Sequence record: MW021758.1
DNA: 64,000 nt
Direction: 5' to 3' (one strand)
Shown: positions 31,059 through 41,599 of the stretch, piece by piece
How the letters are laid out: every line of letters begins with the position of its first letter
Position numbering within the stretch: the stretch's first letter is position 1
Notes under the pieces: model-generated
What the model saw: the letters and a program-made list of their open reading frames with translations, nothing else
What the model was told of the DNA's origin: nothing
The model's database searches: none
Program-made: the position numbers and the translations under genes

Positions 31059-32219
31059 ATGGCGTCTTACGACGATACGCTTCGTAAAAATCTAGATATG
31101 GTTTTCAGGGCTGGCGGGCTTGGTTCCAAGTACGGTCAGGTCTACGAAAACTTTTTTGGTTATAATTATCGTGCTCGCGGTGCGGTAGTTGCGGCGAATA
31201 AAGACCAGGTTGGTCTGACATTCTTTACAAAGCCTGACCTTAACCTACATCGCGATAATGTTACACAAGATAGACACCTGACTCCGTTGATCAGTAGTGA
31301 CCCAATTACGATCCCATCGGCCATTAGAGCGTATTTAGACCCTAATGGTAGTGTCGACCCGGCTTTTGGTTATTCGACTCCTCTCGTCAATCCTAAGGCT
31401 GCATTTATTAGTATCCTGACTAACGGCCTGAAATCACTGTCTGGTTTCCCTGATAACGCCGTTGGTACTTATACGTCACCTGAAGGTATTTTGGGTGAGC
31501 AGTGGACTATGGCAGATGGCCCGTATCGTATTCGCGGAGCTTTTCAGTTAACGGCATCGTTTACTAACATGGACGGTAACCCATTCATTCGTTTATTCGA
31601 TGTTTGGGAATCTTACATGGAAAACATCCGTACTAAGAAAATGGTTCCATGGCCACGAAATCGTTATCGTAACTGTATCGATTATACCTGCCGAGTTTAT
31701 CGCTTAATTCTCGACCCAACTCGTCGCTTTGTTCAGCAGATAGCCGGGACTGGTTATTCGTTCCCTAGTACTAACCCTCAGGGCGGTACATTCAACTTCG
31801 ATAACGACGATAACTACGATCGCAGCAATGATACAGTGACCGTACAATTTAACAGCGTCGGGGCTATCTATAATGACCCGTTGTTGATTGAAGCATTCAA
31901 CACAACGACTGCTCTATTTAATCCGGACTTGGAAATCGTTAACAAAACTCGGTTAACGCGTGAAGAGATTCGGGTTAAGAGTAACAACTATTATCGTGTT
32001 ACTCCAGAACAACGTGACCTCTGTAACTTCTACTCGTATCCACTGATTCACCCTTGTACTTACGAATTATGCTGGTTCATTGAGAAGGATGTTTACGAGC
32101 GTCTACGTGGAGTAGGGTCTGCAGTTCCTCTGTACCACTACGAAGAAATGCCACCTGATCCACTGGCAGGTTTTGGTTACGATCAATCTATTATCGACTT
32201 AGGAAAAAATAATGGCTGA
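31059..32219 (+). CDS. Tail-tube-like baseplate protein/tube initiator (phiKZ gp88-like)
   Basis: 386 aa. Motifs FFTKPDLNL, QLTASFTNMDGNPFIRLFDVW and DYTCRVYRLILD resemble the tube/gp48-gp54 fold. Confidence 0.5.
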   Translation: MASYDDTLRKNLDMVFRAGGLGSKYGQVYENFFGYNYRARGAVVAANKDQVGLTFFTKPDLNLHRDNVTQDRHLTPLISSDPITIPSAIRAYLDPNGSVDPAFGYSTPLVNPKAAFISILTNGLKSLSGFPDNAVGTYTSPEGILGEQWTMADGPYRIRGAFQLTASFTNMDGNPFIRLFDVWESYMENIRTKKMVPWPRNRYRNCIDYTCRVYRLILDPTRRFVQQIAGTGYSFPSTNPQGGTFNFDNDDNYDRSNDTVTVQFNSVGAIYNDPLLIEAFNTTTALFNPDLEIVNKTRLTREEIRVKSNNYYRVTPEQRDLCNFYSYPLIHPCTYELCWFIEKDVYERLRGVGSAVPLYHYEEMPPDPLAGFGYDQSIIDLGKNNG

Positions 32220-35109
32220 TTACGATTTAGAAGCTAAGCTCCGGGCAGCGCCCTGGAACCCAGCTTCCTTTCAACGAGTTGGCTTGGAGTTCTTAGCCAG
32301 TAAGTTGGACGGGGACGTCTTGACTGACGTTAACTCTCCGGTTGTCCACTTACTTGAAGTCAGTGCCACGCAAGCAGTTGAGCACATCAACGTTTCTTTG
32401 GCTAACGACCGCCGGCACTATCCTTTACTCGCCAACAACTTTGCTGACTTGTACGGCCATATGTCAGATGCAGATTACCTGGAGCGTTTCGGTAGTCCTG
32501 GTAAAGTAACTCTGATGTACTACGTTGCATACGACGAAGTTATTCGTGCGATGAAGGTTATTCCGAATACTGAGGTTAAGCGAGTGATCATTCCTCGTTA
32601 TACTCAGATCACCCCAAGCGGAACTCCGCTGACTTTACTCTACCCGTTGGAGATTCGTCAGTTGCCGCACGGTGGTATTCAGGTATCCTACAACACCGAT
32701 GCAACTTCCCCGATTCAGACGTTGACCGATAACATGCTGAAGTGGGAAATGATCAACGACCCTCAGGGTACGAAGTACATGTTGATCTACATTCCGGTTT
32801 ATCAGCTGGAGCGTTCGGTGACGCTGGAACAAGTAATGGATGTTCGGACTCGCTTTGCTATTCCGTTCAACGACCAATACTTTTACACCCGTTGTTTCTT
32901 CGGCCAGGAAGGTAACTGGACAGAAATGTCTACTACCCACTCCCTGCAAGTCTACGATGAAAACAACCCGACGGCAATTCTACAGGTAGCGGAAGGTTTC
33001 ATTAACTTGACTATCCCTCCGATCTATCTGACTAACCGTTCAATCACCGGTACGTTGCGCGTTGACGTTTACAGTACCAAAGGCGACATCGTTCAGGATC
33101 TCAGTAACTTTGCTTCTGAGACATTCGGTGTGGTTTGGGGGGACGATATGGATGTCCCGTCCCTCAACGGTTATTCTGCGGCGGTACCTAACCTCTCTTA
33201 CGTCTTTGTCTCTGATGATACCATCCGTGGCGGTATGAACGGATTGACGTTTGAAGAGCAACGTGAGCGTGTTATCAATAACGCAACGAAGATCAGTATC
33301 CCAATCACTCCTGCGCAGATTGAAGCGAAACTGAACCGGGCAGGCTTCGATATTCTGAAGTCTCGCGATGACATCACCGAACGTTTGTACCTGGCAACGT
33401 CCTCCATGGCTGTTCCAGATAACTCTCCGTTCTCTTCCGGTATTGCAACTGCGATCAGTACGCTTCAGACCTCAATGACTGAGCTGGCTGGTTTGCAGGG
33501 TGTCTACGATAACGGTGATCGCATCACGTTGTCTCCAAGGGTTCTTTATTCCTTCGAGAATGGCGTGCTGAAAACTGTAGCTGATAATGCGCGGCCTGAA
33601 GTTATTAACAAAACTCCAGAGTCGCTGATCAACGCAGTGAATGGTGGTAGTTACGTTTACTCCCCGTTCCACTACGTTCTGGATGCAACGAACAACAACT
33701 TCGCTTTGCGTCCGTATTATTTGGCTAATCCGTCTATCATTCGCCGTAGCTTTATTCGTGATAATGCGAGTGCGGGTATTAGTCTCACGACGAAAGAGTT
33801 CGCTATCGCTCGTTTCGATGGCGGTTATCGTCTGACTGTGAAAACTACAGTCGATGATAAATACTTGGCTATCGATCCAGCTAACCGTTATCTGCAGTTG
33901 GCATTCGTTCCACCAGGTGAGTCCGACTACGCTTATCTGAACGGTACTTACGCTGGGGTTATTAACAAAGACGTCATCTGGACATTCGAGATCAAAACTG
34001 ACTTCGACATTGACCGTGAAGATCGTCTCATTGTTACTAACTTTGCGATGTACGAAGCAACGCCTCGTGAGTTCCCACTTCCGCTGGAGCAGGAGTTCAC
34101 GCTGATTAACGTGGTGACGGATTACTCTCCTCCTGGTTTACAGCAGACCGCTATTGATCTGATTGTAGGTAAGTTCCTGGTAGGTAAGGATCCGGTTGGG
34201 TTGATGGAAGAACGTGTTACTCTGGAGCTGGGTAAATCCCTGGATAACCTCTGGGCTGGTTCCCGTGTTCTGGCAGGTAGCTACGTTTATCAAACCTACG
34301 CCACTAACGTTTATCAGTTCTACGATGAAGACGTTCCTGAAATGAATCCTGACGGTACGGCTAAGTACGAAATCGTTAACGGTGAATTCAAACTGATCCT
34401 GCAGCACAAAGCTGGTGATCCTGTATTGGATAAAGATGGCCAACAAGTCATCAAGTTCAAAGCAGGGGACCCAGTCCTGGATGCTAATGGTCAGCCTGTT
34501 CCGGTTTCTGCTCGTCCGACTATTCGTCTTATCGATATCTTTGTCATGGACGGTAACTACTACTACGCTGACGGTGCCTCTGAGAAATCGGATGCTGCAT
34601 TCTTACCTAATAGCGTAGTTAACGACATCCTACCTCGGTTGGATGAAGTTGCTCGTGGTCGTCTGGAACAAACCAACATCTCGTTCTTCCCTAAACAGAG
34701 TTTGGGTTCAGTGGAAGTTATCGTGGATGATGGTCAGAGCCAATTCATCTCTGGTTCTCTGTCGTTCAAAACCAAGGTACTCCTTACCGATATTGCTTGG
34801 CGTGATACCAAGTATCGTGAAGAGTTACGTAAGTCGATCAGTCGTATCATCAACACCGAGCTTCGTAAAGAGACTGTCTCTACCATGAATATCATCTCTG
34901 CGTTTAAGGATCAACGTGATGAGAACGTTCGTGGCTTTGAGATGTCCATCATGAGCAATGGTCGTGAGGTTAACACCTTCACTGCAGTAGACCAATCGGT
35001 ACAGCCTACAGTTCGTCGTTTGCTGGAATACGCAGGTGACGGTACTTATCAGGTTCGTGAAGATATCGCGATTGACTGGCGTGACCACACTGGTCGTCGT
35101 TACAACTAA
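32212..35109 (+). CDS. Baseplate wedge protein (T4 gp6/baseplate J-like; phiKZ gp87-like)
   Basis: 965 aa. IRGGMNGLTFEEQRERVINNATKISIPITPAQIE resembles the baseplate J/gp6 'GG..ES.E.LR.R' motif. Confidence 0.6.
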   Translation: MADYDLEAKLRAAPWNPASFQRVGLEFLASKLDGDVLTDVNSPVVHLLEVSATQAVEHINVSLANDRRHYPLLANNFADLYGHMSDADYLERFGSPGKVTLMYYVAYDEVIRAMKVIPNTEVKRVIIPRYTQITPSGTPLTLLYPLEIRQLPHGGIQVSYNTDATSPIQTLTDNMLKWEMINDPQGTKYMLIYIPVYQLERSVTLEQVMDVRTRFAIPFNDQYFYTRCFFGQEGNWTEMSTTHSLQVYDENNPTAILQVAEGFINLTIPPIYLTNRSITGTLRVDVYSTKGDIVQDLSNFASETFGVVWGDDMDVPSLNGYSAAVPNLSYVFVSDDTIRGGMNGLTFEEQRERVINNATKISIPITPAQIEAKLNRAGFDILKSRDDITERLYLATSSMAVPDNSPFSSGIATAISTLQTSMTELAGLQGVYDNGDRITLSPRVLYSFENGVLKTVADNARPEVINKTPESLINAVNGGSYVYSPFHYVLDATNNNFALRPYYLANPSIIRRSFIRDNASAGISLTTKEFAIARFDGGYRLTVKTTVDDKYLAIDPANRYLQLAFVPPGESDYAYLNGTYAGVINKDVIWTFEIKTDFDIDREDRLIVTNFAMYEATPREFPLPLEQEFTLINVVTDYSPPGLQQTAIDLIVGKFLVGKDPVGLMEERVTLELGKSLDNLWAGSRVLAGSYVYQTYATNVYQFYDEDVPEMNPDGTAKYEIVNGEFKLILQHKAGDPVLDKDGQQVIKFKAGDPVLDANGQPVPVSARPTIRLIDIFVMDGNYYYADGASEKSDAAFLPNSVVNDILPRLDEVARGRLEQTNISFFPKQSLGSVEVIVDDGQSQFISGSLSFKTKVLLTDIAWRDTKYREELRKSISRIINTELRKETVSTMNIISAFKDQRDENVRGFEMSIMSNGREVNTFTAVDQSVQPTVRRLLEYAGDGTYQVREDIAIDWRDHTGRRYN

Positions 35110-35113
35110 ACAG

Positions 35114-35148
35114 CATAGCCAGAGGACCGTTTGGTCCTCTGGCCTATG
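35114..35148. terminator. Terminator between convergent genes
   Basis: CATAGCCAGAGGACC-GTTT-GGTCCTCTGGCCTATG. Confidence 0.8.
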
Positions 35149-35149
35149 T

Positions 35150-36367
35150 TTATTTCTTCTCAGCTTTTGCCAACCAGCCATCCAAGGTAACGTAGAAACG
35201 ATAGCCTTGGTTGTAGAAGGTATCGCCGAACTCGAAGAAACGAATAACACGAGTGTGCAGTTCGTTAATCCCGGCAACGCTGTTGATCAGCTTACGGACA
35301 TCCGGCCAATCGCTGTTGGCATCAGGATGCATCCGGTCAGCTGCATCGTTCATCTTGCTAGCGGAATCTTCGAGACGATCGCCAAGTTCTTTCAACGCAC
35401 TAACGGTACGGTCGCTGTAGAACAGTGCGCCTTTATCGTTAGTCAGCAGTTCTTCCAAGTGATGCATCATTCGCTTGATACGATCGAAGTCGTAAGCGTC
35501 AAGACGTTCACTCTTTTCTTCTGCTGTACTGATCCAGTCGCGGATAGCGCGCATCGCTTCGCGGTTATCTTCGACTTTGGTACCGAGGTAAGAAGAGAAG
35601 CGGTTGATCTCATTGATCTGGTACGCGCTCTTTTCAGGGACGTCGGCAATTTGCTTTTCAGTAACATTGCGGTTGGCTTGCAGTGATTCGATGATCTGGG
35701 TAATGTCACTCAGTTCATCAATTGCATCAACCAGGTAGCCGTGGAACGAATCGGTAGTACGTTTATACTCAACAACCATCCGATCCGCAGAATCAGTTAA
35801 GTGATTCAGTAACTGATTAAACTCACCTTCTACCTTACCAGCCAACTCTTTGAGCTGATCGTTTTCTTCGCCTTCGTTTTTAGCCACGAAGTCAGTTGGC
35901 TTTTCTTCCGCCATGCGTTCAGTCACTTTCTCAGCTTGCTGCTTACGGCGGTTCATGAACTTAGGCAGGTGCTCTTTAATCATCTTAAGCGCTTTGCGGA
36001 TAAACTCCACTAAGTTCTTAATCATGGACTTAACGACATCCACGATACGGCTAGTGACTTCTTCAACTGCAACGTTGGAGTTAGTCATAGACGGTTTCAG
36101 CGTGTAACTAGAGAGCGGGTAACGCGGGTTCAGTGGGCCAAAGTCAGACATGGACTCAAGGGCGGTCATGCTCTGGCGGTCGGCACCTTCACGTTTAATT
36201 TTTTCCAGGGTCTTTTCTAACTCAGACAACCGAGCGTTGTCACCGTTACGTTTAACGATGTACATCGACCAGGAGTCATTGAGTTCCATAGCGAGATCGC
36301 GCAAATCACGACCGTCGCTACCGATGAAGCTAAAGATACCCGGAACGGACTTTACTATCTCATCCAT
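35150..36367 (-). CDS. Helical internal head protein, probably protease-processed
   Basis: ALE-S and AVE-E sites followed by an amphipathic helix like the paralog family. Confidence 0.55.
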   Translation of the reverse strand: MDEIVKSVPGIFSFIGSDGRDLRDLAMELNDSWSMYIVKRNGDNARLSELEKTLEKIKREGADRQSMTALESMSDFGPLNPRYPLSSYTLKPSMTNSNVAVEEVTSRIVDVVKSMIKNLVEFIRKALKMIKEHLPKFMNRRKQQAEKVTERMAEEKPTDFVAKNEGEENDQLKELAGKVEGEFNQLLNHLTDSADRMVVEYKRTTDSFHGYLVDAIDELSDITQIIESLQANRNVTEKQIADVPEKSAYQINEINRFSSYLGTKVEDNREAMRAIRDWISTAEEKSERLDAYDFDRIKRMMHHLEELLTNDKGALFYSDRTVSALKELGDRLEDSASKMNDAADRMHPDANSDWPDVRKLINSVAGINELHTRVIRFFEFGDTFYNQGYRFYVTLDGWLAKAEKK

Positions 36368-37370
36368 TCTTGTTTCCTAAAAGGTGTTCGCACCTTGCAG
36401 TAACCAGGTTTAACATGGGCTCGTCTTCTTCAAACTGCTGGAACAAATAAACGCCAGACACTTCTACCGATTTCTCCAGGATGTTAGACATCCCCAATAC
36501 CACGTACAAGAGAATCTGTACGCGATCTGCAATCGCTTCCCATGACAAAGCCAGTTTACCGTACTCTTTAGAGAGCACGTTTTTAATCTCCTCGTTCACA
36601 GGGCGAACCGTGTAGAGGGATCTGACTTGACTTAGTGATCTGATCGCAGATTCCAGCGGAGCTGATCCGATCTGGTTAAAGAGTTGATCAACGATCCCTA
36701 AGTTGGGTTTCTCGTTAGCCCACGAGATTTCGATCGATGGAGTATTGACCAGTTCCTCTTCCCATAACTCAGGAAGGGTCTTACCTAGTTTGAATAGGTT
36801 AGGGCCACTCGACTCGTAATTAACGTTGTAGGCGTTCTCAGAAACGTTTTTAAGCGTCTCTAAGGCATTACCTAGAACTTCATCTGAGTCATCGATGAAA
36901 GGATAAATGAGGGCTGCTGAGAGCGAATTATTGCAATCGCTCAGAACCGGGATTAACCGGGTCATTGAGAGAACTGCATCAAGGTAGGGTTTAACTGTCG
37001 CTGAGTTATCGCAGATGCCTTCAAAGAAGTAAGTGCGATGTACATTCAGCGAATCGATTAAAGACCGTAGTTCTGGGTTAGACTCAATTCCAGTTAAGCG
37101 GCGAGTGGTTCTGACAAACTGTAAAAGCTCAGTTAGTTCAGAAAGTAACACTCGCTGCTTTGAGAGGACTGGGGCGACTTTCCTGAATATCATCAGGCCG
37201 TCAACGATATAGGTCAGTGAAGTTAACACCGACCCTACGTTATTACCGAAGGAATCACCCTCTCCTACGGCCGTGTGTTGACGTCGTTTTACCAGGTCAC
37301 TCAGGTCAACTAAAGTCTGACCAGAAAGGCGCGGTCTTTTAGAATCCAACGCACGATAGGCTGAGGACAT
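36360..37370 (-). CDS. Hypothetical (probably virion) protein
   Basis: 336 aa, overlapping the next gene by 8 nt. Confidence 0.65.
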   Translation of the reverse strand: MSSAYRALDSKRPRLSGQTLVDLSDLVKRRQHTAVGEGDSFGNNVGSVLTSLTYIVDGLMIFRKVAPVLSKQRVLLSELTELLQFVRTTRRLTGIESNPELRSLIDSLNVHRTYFFEGICDNSATVKPYLDAVLSMTRLIPVLSDCNNSLSAALIYPFIDDSDEVLGNALETLKNVSENAYNVNYESSGPNLFKLGKTLPELWEEELVNTPSIEISWANEKPNLGIVDQLFNQIGSAPLESAIRSLSQVRSLYTVRPVNEEIKNVLSKEYGKLALSWEAIADRVQILLYVVLGMSNILEKSVEVSGVYLFQQFEEDEPMLNLVTARCEHLLGNKNG

Positions 37371-37385
37371 GATTTCATCCTTCTA

Positions 37386-37826
37386 TTATTTATCGATACC
37401 CATCAGATACGCGGAGATCTGTGGGTAAAGAACAGCGGCCGCTTTGGCGATAGATGCAGATTCTTCCAGAGTCTGATCCATGCTCATCAGATATTTACGA
37501 CCTGGGTTATTCCCTGCCAGGAAGTCGGTGATCTGACCTTCGTCGTGGATATAGTTGGCGCGGTAACGATCAAGCCAGACTTGGCGAGTACCTTCGATAA
37601 CCATACCCACGTCGATCAGGTAGCGCTCATTGAACTCGTTTACGAAGCGACGTACTTTGTCTTCGTAATGTTCTTGGTAATAAGCAGCTGGGTCTTCCGA
37701 GATCTGTGGCGGGATCAGCAGACCGTAGGCCAGAGTAAGCAGCAGAGCCTGGCTCACTGCGGAGCGTTTTACACCGACCTGCTTAGTCAGTGTAGCAGTT
37801 ACTTCTTGAACGAATTGGCGGTTCAT
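37386..37826 (-). CDS. Hypothetical protein
   Basis: 146-aa ORF within the operon. Confidence 0.7.
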   Translation of the reverse strand: MNRQFVQEVTATLTKQVGVKRSAVSQALLLTLAYGLLIPPQISEDPAAYYQEHYEDKVRRFVNEFNERYLIDVGMVIEGTRQVWLDRYRANYIHDEGQITDFLAGNNPGRKYLMSMDQTLEESASIAKAAAVLYPQISAYLMGIDK

Positions 37827-37832
37827 CGTTAA

Positions 37833-39155
37833 TTACCCTTCCAGGAGTTTTAATGAATTTGCACGAGCAAAGAGGCTGTTGTTAACCAGAGACTCCAGTT
37901 CCTGAAGTTCCTTGGTAATCTTTTTCTGACGGCGAGTAGATGGCGAAACCAGCAGCCATACTTTCTCGACGAAAGTTTCACGGTCGGTCAGACCTTCCAG
38001 AACGTGGTCGATAACCTGAAGGTCTTCGGCCAGAGATTTACGGATTTCAACCGGGATATCTTTGTTCTTCATCTTCAGGACAACTTCGTTACGCATACGG
38101 ATGATACGTTCGCGCGGACGGTCGTAAAGACGCTCATGCGGGTTGACGATGGCCATCAAGGAAAGGATAAAGACGTTCAGTGCGATGCCGGCAGGGCCAA
38201 CTGCAATACCCAGACCCATTGATCCCAGGAACAGAATGGTCTTAATTACTTCCAGGGAATAGAACGCGAATCCGGACATGAACGAGGAGGCTTCACCCAT
38301 ACGGAGGATCTTCTCCAGGCCAGTAGCTAGAGCTACCGTGCAGCCCATGCGAGAGGCGAATTGGTCAGAGATAGATTCCCAGCTACGTTTGTCGTAGATG
38401 GTAGAACCAAACTCAGAACGAATCTTCTCGTTGAGCTCAGACATGATGTTAACCGTCATGACTTCGGTGGACTCAGCCGTTACCAACTCGTTCGCATTTT
38501 CGAAACGGATGTCGTAATCAGTTTCCAGTTTGTGGACAAGTTTAACACGCTGCTCGTCGCTGTTGGTTTTCATCAGGCGACTAACAGAATCCTGCAATAC
38601 CAGCGCGGTGGAGATTGCAGTAGAAAGCATTTCGTAGTAGGTAAAGATGTGACCTACTTCGTGCATGATTACGCCGACAGCTTCGGCTGGAGTCATGTAC
38701 TCGTTACCGATGACTGCGCTGTACACGCCGAGACGGATTGGGATCTCTTGGAAGATACCGCCCAGTTCTACTTTGCGCAGATCAACCCAACCGATTGCGT
38801 TAGCGTCGCGTTTGATTGCGTTCTTACCTGCAGATGCTTGTTCCATCAGACCGAAATAACTTTTGATCAGAACAGAGCTTTTAGCCAGATCTGGCGGCAT
38901 GGCGTAGGCGTTATAAGTCGAGTCAGCGTTGACAACTTCGACGGTAACTTTCTTAGCCTTAATACGTTTGCCGATTACTTTCGCGGCCAGGTCAGAGAAA
39001 ACTTTATTACGTTCGGCAGCTGGAACGTCTTTGCTTTTAGAGAAACGATATTCCTCTACGAGAACTTCAAGTTCACGGCACAAGACATCAGCTGTTTGGA
39101 AATCAATTGCCTCTACAGAGACGACTGAAGCCGGTTTAAACCACTGGTTATTCAT
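37833..39155 (-). CDS. Virion protein with an HEXXH zinc-metallopeptidase motif and a hydrophobic segment (phiKZ gp84-like)
   Basis: VIMHEVGH, distal ESISDQFASRMG, hydrophobic TILFLGSMGLGIAVGPAGIALNVFILSLMAIV, and an N-terminal SVE-A site. ATG at 39155. Confidence 0.6.
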   Translation of the reverse strand: MNNQWFKPASVVSVEAIDFQTADVLCRELEVLVEEYRFSKSKDVPAAERNKVFSDLAAKVIGKRIKAKKVTVEVVNADSTYNAYAMPPDLAKSSVLIKSYFGLMEQASAGKNAIKRDANAIGWVDLRKVELGGIFQEIPIRLGVYSAVIGNEYMTPAEAVGVIMHEVGHIFTYYEMLSTAISTALVLQDSVSRLMKTNSDEQRVKLVHKLETDYDIRFENANELVTAESTEVMTVNIMSELNEKIRSEFGSTIYDKRSWESISDQFASRMGCTVALATGLEKILRMGEASSFMSGFAFYSLEVIKTILFLGSMGLGIAVGPAGIALNVFILSLMAIVNPHERLYDRPRERIIRMRNEVVLKMKNKDIPVEIRKSLAEDLQVIDHVLEGLTDRETFVEKVWLLVSPSTRRQKKITKELQELESLVNNSLFARANSLKLLEG

Positions 39156-39292
39156 TACAAATTCCTCGCCTCTTTGAGGTACAATAAAGGAAATAGGGCT
39201 ACACAAGAAAGGGCCGTCTTGCGGGGTGGTGTAGGAAAAAATGTCTTGGTCTATTGGTGTAGAAGATTTTTATTTTATTCGATGAGGTTTAC

Positions 39293-41038
39293 ATGTCTCA
39301 AGTAAAACCCGCTTTCACCAAAGATGATATCCTTGGTTTTGAGTTCAAGCACGCGTCTTACGCACCAAAGCAAGATAGTTATTCCGATGACTTAGTAGTC
39401 ATTAAAGAAGTAGTTCACTTGAAGGATGGACGTAAGTTACCTAACCTTCGCTTCATCCGTAACTACCAGCGTCCTTATTTCATTACGCTGGAATCTCAAC
39501 GTCGTCACAAAGACAAACGTGTCTGGGAGAAACTGGATAACGTTCGTCGTTATGAATGTACTCAGGCTGAAATGGTCGGTGACATTCAACGTAAATTGAA
39601 AATGCGTGGCGGCCTTAAGATGTTAAACCGTAACCCTTACCTTTATGGTACGGATGTAACCTCTACGGTTCTTCTTAAGCACGCTTACATGAACAAGTAT
39701 CCTGACTTAAAGTCAGAGTATCGTGTTGCTCACCTCGATATCGAATTCGATGTGACTTACGGTACTAACAAGATCAACATGATCTCTGTGTCATGCGGTA
39801 ATGAAGTTTATCAATTCGTTACCAAACACTACGCCGGAACAAACCCTAACTTCGTCGAAGAGGTTAAGGCGTGTTACGAGCGTGAAGTAAAACCTATTCT
39901 GCATGAAATCGATAATCGTAAAGAAGGATTTGACTTCTTCTCTAAACGTGGCATTGTTCACGACTTTAATATCCACGTCGAGATTGTCGACGATGAGTTC
40001 GAAGCAGTTCAAGCGATCTTCGATAAATTGCACAACGTTCTTAAGCCTGATATGCTGTCCATCTGGAACTTACCGTACGATACCGGTAAAATGATTCAGG
40101 CAATTGAGCGTCGTGGTTTTACTCCAGAAGAGATCTTCTGCGATCCTAAAGTTCCTAAGGACTTCCGTTACTTCAAATTGATTGAAGGTGCGGCTAAGGT
40201 ATTTGATGCAAACGGTGTTGCTGAGTCAAAAGACCCGTGTGACCGTTGGCACAAAGTTCACTGCCCTAGTAACTTCTTCTGGGTCGACCAGATGTCTGTT
40301 CGTCGTGCTGTACGTAAACACCTTAACAAAGAGTCCTCTTATGCCTTGGGTAAAATCTTGGAGAAGACCTTTGGGTTTGGTAAGTTAAAAGGCGATGGCG
40401 ATCTACGCGCGACAGGCCTGGACTGGCACAAACACATGCAACGTCACAACAAGATCTTTTATTGCGTGTACAACATGTTCGATAACATCGGTGCACAATT
40501 GTTGGACGAAGTAACACTCGACTTACGTTCCACCTTCCCGGCTCAATGTGGTTACAGTGATTTGCACTCTTATGGTTCTCAAGGCCGTAAGTTAGCAGAT
40601 GACTTCTACTTCGACTTACTGGATCGTGGTTATATCTTGAGTGGTGTTTCCGATAAGATGGAAAAAGAGATGGATAAACATCTCGTTCCGTTGGACGGTT
40701 GGATCTCTACGCTATCGGCTCACATGGTTCACCCTGACATGGGTAACAAACTACTGGAAGACATGCCTAACTCGGTCACTAAGATCATTCGTTGGGTTCT
40801 GGATATCGACGTTAAGTCTTCTTATCCGTCTACTGGTGTTTGGATGAACTTGTCTCAGGAAACTACCAAGTGGGCAATGTGTCGTATCCGTGGTGTCAGT
40901 ATGGAAGAACAACGACGTGCAGGTCTTAACTTAGTCTCTGGTAAAGTTAACTCGGTTGATATCATGGTCAATGTTTGTAACGCTCCGACGGCTATGCAAT
41001 TACTGCAACGATTCAAAGCAGCTAAAGGTATCGCTTAA
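39293..41038 (+). CDS. Split family-B DNA polymerase, exonuclease/N-terminal subunit (phiKZ gp82-like)
   Basis: ExoI HLDIEFD, ExoII WNLPYD and ExoIII YNMFD are present. The ORF ends shortly after PolB motif A (LDIDVKSSYPS), and motifs B and C are absent. Confidence 0.8.
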   Translation: MSQVKPAFTKDDILGFEFKHASYAPKQDSYSDDLVVIKEVVHLKDGRKLPNLRFIRNYQRPYFITLESQRRHKDKRVWEKLDNVRRYECTQAEMVGDIQRKLKMRGGLKMLNRNPYLYGTDVTSTVLLKHAYMNKYPDLKSEYRVAHLDIEFDVTYGTNKINMISVSCGNEVYQFVTKHYAGTNPNFVEEVKACYEREVKPILHEIDNRKEGFDFFSKRGIVHDFNIHVEIVDDEFEAVQAIFDKLHNVLKPDMLSIWNLPYDTGKMIQAIERRGFTPEEIFCDPKVPKDFRYFKLIEGAAKVFDANGVAESKDPCDRWHKVHCPSNFFWVDQMSVRRAVRKHLNKESSYALGKILEKTFGFGKLKGDGDLRATGLDWHKHMQRHNKIFYCVYNMFDNIGAQLLDEVTLDLRSTFPAQCGYSDLHSYGSQGRKLADDFYFDLLDRGYILSGVSDKMEKEMDKHLVPLDGWISTLSAHMVHPDMGNKLLEDMPNSVTKIIRWVLDIDVKSSYPSTGVWMNLSQETTKWAMCRIRGVSMEEQRRAGLNLVSGKVNSVDIMVNVCNAPTAMQLLQRFKAAKGIA

Positions 41039-41553
41039 TGCGAACTTTGTTAAGAACACAACGTAGGGTGGGTTCCACCCTACTTGTTTTTCGTGAAGTG
41101 TCTGGAAAGATACTTGGCTCTCGTCGAGAGTTGCAATACGCACGACTGGCAAAGGAAGCCTACAAGGAATACCAAGTCGCTATAGAGGAATCGGTTGGTT
41201 ATCGACCGTTTAGCCTAGGTGGCAATCGAGAACACATTCTTCATTACTGGGGTGACGATGTCACTAGACGCAATTACTTTGTTTATGACAATGAGCTACC
41301 AATTGGCTTCATTAATGCAAGAAAGGAAACAACGGATGAAGGTATTAAGAAAATTATTATTGATCGGGTATTTGTTCTACCTGAGCATCGAAACAAAGGA
41401 GCTGGACGCTATCTGGTCGATGGATTCATCCACGCCGAAGATTGGTCTATGGTTGAAATCTCTGGGTACCTATCCTCAGTCTCACTAATGGGATTCCTGA
41501 CTAAGTTAGGGTTCTACGCAGCAAAGTCTACCTTCGTTAAAGCGAACGCATAA
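41038..41553 (+). CDS. GNAT-family acetyltransferase (true start possibly GTG at 41098)
   Basis: Motif A VFVLPEHRNKGAGRYLVD and C-terminal GFLTKLGF. The first 20 codons overlap a terminator hairpin. Confidence 0.75.
   Translation: MRTLLRTQRRVGSTLLVFREVSGKILGSRRELQYARLAKEAYKEYQVAIEESVGYRPFSLGGNREHILHYWGDDVTRRNYFVYDNELPIGFINARKETTDEGIKKIIIDRVFVLPEHRNKGAGRYLVDGFIHAEDWSMVEISGYLSSVSLMGFLTKLGFYAAKSTFVKANA
41063..41091 (+). terminator. Terminator after the polymerase subunit gene
   Basis: GTAGGGTGG-GTT-CCACCCTAC followed by TTGTTTTT. Confidence 0.75.
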
Positions 41554-41555
41554 AT

Positions 41556-41587
41556 CCCTCCTACAGACCGCGAAGTCTGTAGGAGGG
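41556..41587. terminator. Terminator between convergent genes
   Basis: 13-bp stem CCCTCCTACAGAC-CGCGAA-GTCTGTAGGAGGG. Confidence 0.8.
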
Positions 41588-41599
41588 GATATGACGTTA

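Noticed and set aside
39293-41038. Polymerase ending after motif A as a pseudogene or intron-split gene
   Set aside because: A split PolB is an established feature of phiKZ-like phages. The ORF has a clean stop and terminator with no intron signature.
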